From assembly GCA_965203295.1 (NCBI GenBank), contig CBDBCZ010000016.1:672001-736000 (forward strand): a DNA stretch of 64,000 nucleotides, in the 5' to 3' direction. Below the pieces are notes generated by a model. The model saw only the letters and a list, made by a program, of their open reading frames with translations, did not search any database and was not told the DNA's origin. The DNA is from Nitrospirales bacterium (GTDB lineage: Bacteria; Nitrospirota; Nitrospiria; Nitrospirales; UBA8639). Each line of letters starts with the position of its first letter. The first letter of the stretch is position 1. The position numbers were made by a program, and so were the translations under genes. Below are positions 12,085 to 64,000 of the stretch, piece by piece.

Positions 12085-12990
12085 GTTTTTATGAGCCTAA
12101 GGCCAGAGTTTGGAACTTCTCCCAACACACCTCTTAGTCCAGTAATCTGATGACTTTCAGAATGTGGTCAAACTATGATAACCACCAGCTGCAGGTCCAC
12201 ATCACAAGAGAGCCTGCCAGTAATGAATCTAATTTATGATTGTGGGATATACACTGTAGCCATATGTACTTTGACTTAGGCCAAGTGAAACTTCATGTAC
12301 ATGTTCAGTGGAAATAACTACGTAAGACTATCTGTGCCTAATACAATATTCAATATAAGAATGCATCTTTAGAGCATTGTGCTTGTCTTGGCCCCAGACC
12401 CCATTTTTGTGGGTGCAGGGAGGGTCTGGGGCCGCGACTAGCTTTGTGTGTGTTCTTTTCTAGCACATACAAAAAGCTTACATGTACAAACTCGGTATAA
12501 TTTCATCCTGTTTAATTCTGTTATGTTTCTTGAAATATCTGATAGCGGTTGTTTATGTGAGCCTGAGGCCCACTTTTTTTTTGCTTTGGGAAAAAGAAAT
12601 AGGTAGCAGCCAGCTAGCCTATGTTATTGGAACTTCTCCCAACACACCTGTTAGTCTAGTAATCTGATGACTTTCAGTATTATGATAGCAATGTAGACTA
12701 CCAGCTGCTATCTGCATCACAAGAGAGCCTGCCATAATGAATCTATTTTATGATTGTGAGATACTAGGACTGATTAGCCTCGTTCCCAGGCTCTGCAAGC
12801 GACAAAAGCTGTGTGGAGGCCTGGGAAGAGGCCTGGGAACGAGGCTAAGGACTGATATCAATCAGACATACATGTACATGTAATTGAAGGAAGATTTTAT
12901 GTACTTTGACTGTGGCCTCATAAATTCAGTGGGAAGTTAACTAAGAATACGTGTGCCTAATACAATATTCAATGCGAGAATATAGTTGTG
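12085..12990 (+). repeat. Diverged local tandem duplication (~12085-12385 and ~12555-12990)
   Basis: ttggaacttctcccaacacacc..gtaatctgatgactttcag..catcacaagagagcctgcca..gtgcctaatacaatattcaat occurs twice. Confidence 0.75.
12775..12847. mobile_element. Tiny TAG..CTA MITE with 9 bp TSD
   Basis: tagcctcgttcccagg..cctgggaacgaggcta; TSD aggactgat on both sides. Confidence 0.85.
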
Positions 12991-13107
12991 CTTTAACACT
13001 TCATTTTATGAGAATGCGTAATATAAAATGTTTTGTAAAACATATTGTTTGACTGCTCTCTACCTTTTGAGCAATGTACACATTCGTTACTTTCACGTAG
13101 CTAAACC

Positions 13108-63947
<50,840 letters not shown>

Positions 63948-64000
63948 GGTAAGGAAGTAAATTACAGTCTAAACATTTGCCATTTTAATCTACTATATGC

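Overview
Intron-rich animal genomic DNA; the many 50-80 nt introns and the repeat types suggest a sponge or other early-branching invertebrate (inference). The + strand carries two head-to-tail RNF213/mysterin-like genes. Gene 1 (1-5746) is the 3' end only. Its E3-core region appears to lack the RZ zinc finger but keeps a DCG motif in that position, and it ends in an appended SAM domain. Gene 2 (13108 to >64000) begins with two PA-like domains separated by a Pro/Gln rod, a LIR-like mini-exon and an array of duplicated mini-exons, followed by RNF213-type AAA+ modules. Introns and intergenic DNA hold many transposons. The most notable is a complete 5.8 kb P-superfamily element (40 bp TIR, 7 bp TSD) whose usual transposase C-terminal domain appears to be encoded by a separate convergent gene. 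Others include DIRS/Ngaro-type tyrosine-recombinase retroelement remnants, many TAG..CTA MITEs with 9 bp TSDs, and Kolobok-, piggyBac-, pogo-, hAT- and Helentron-like non-autonomous elements, often nested. All family calls come from motif reading and recall; no database search was run.
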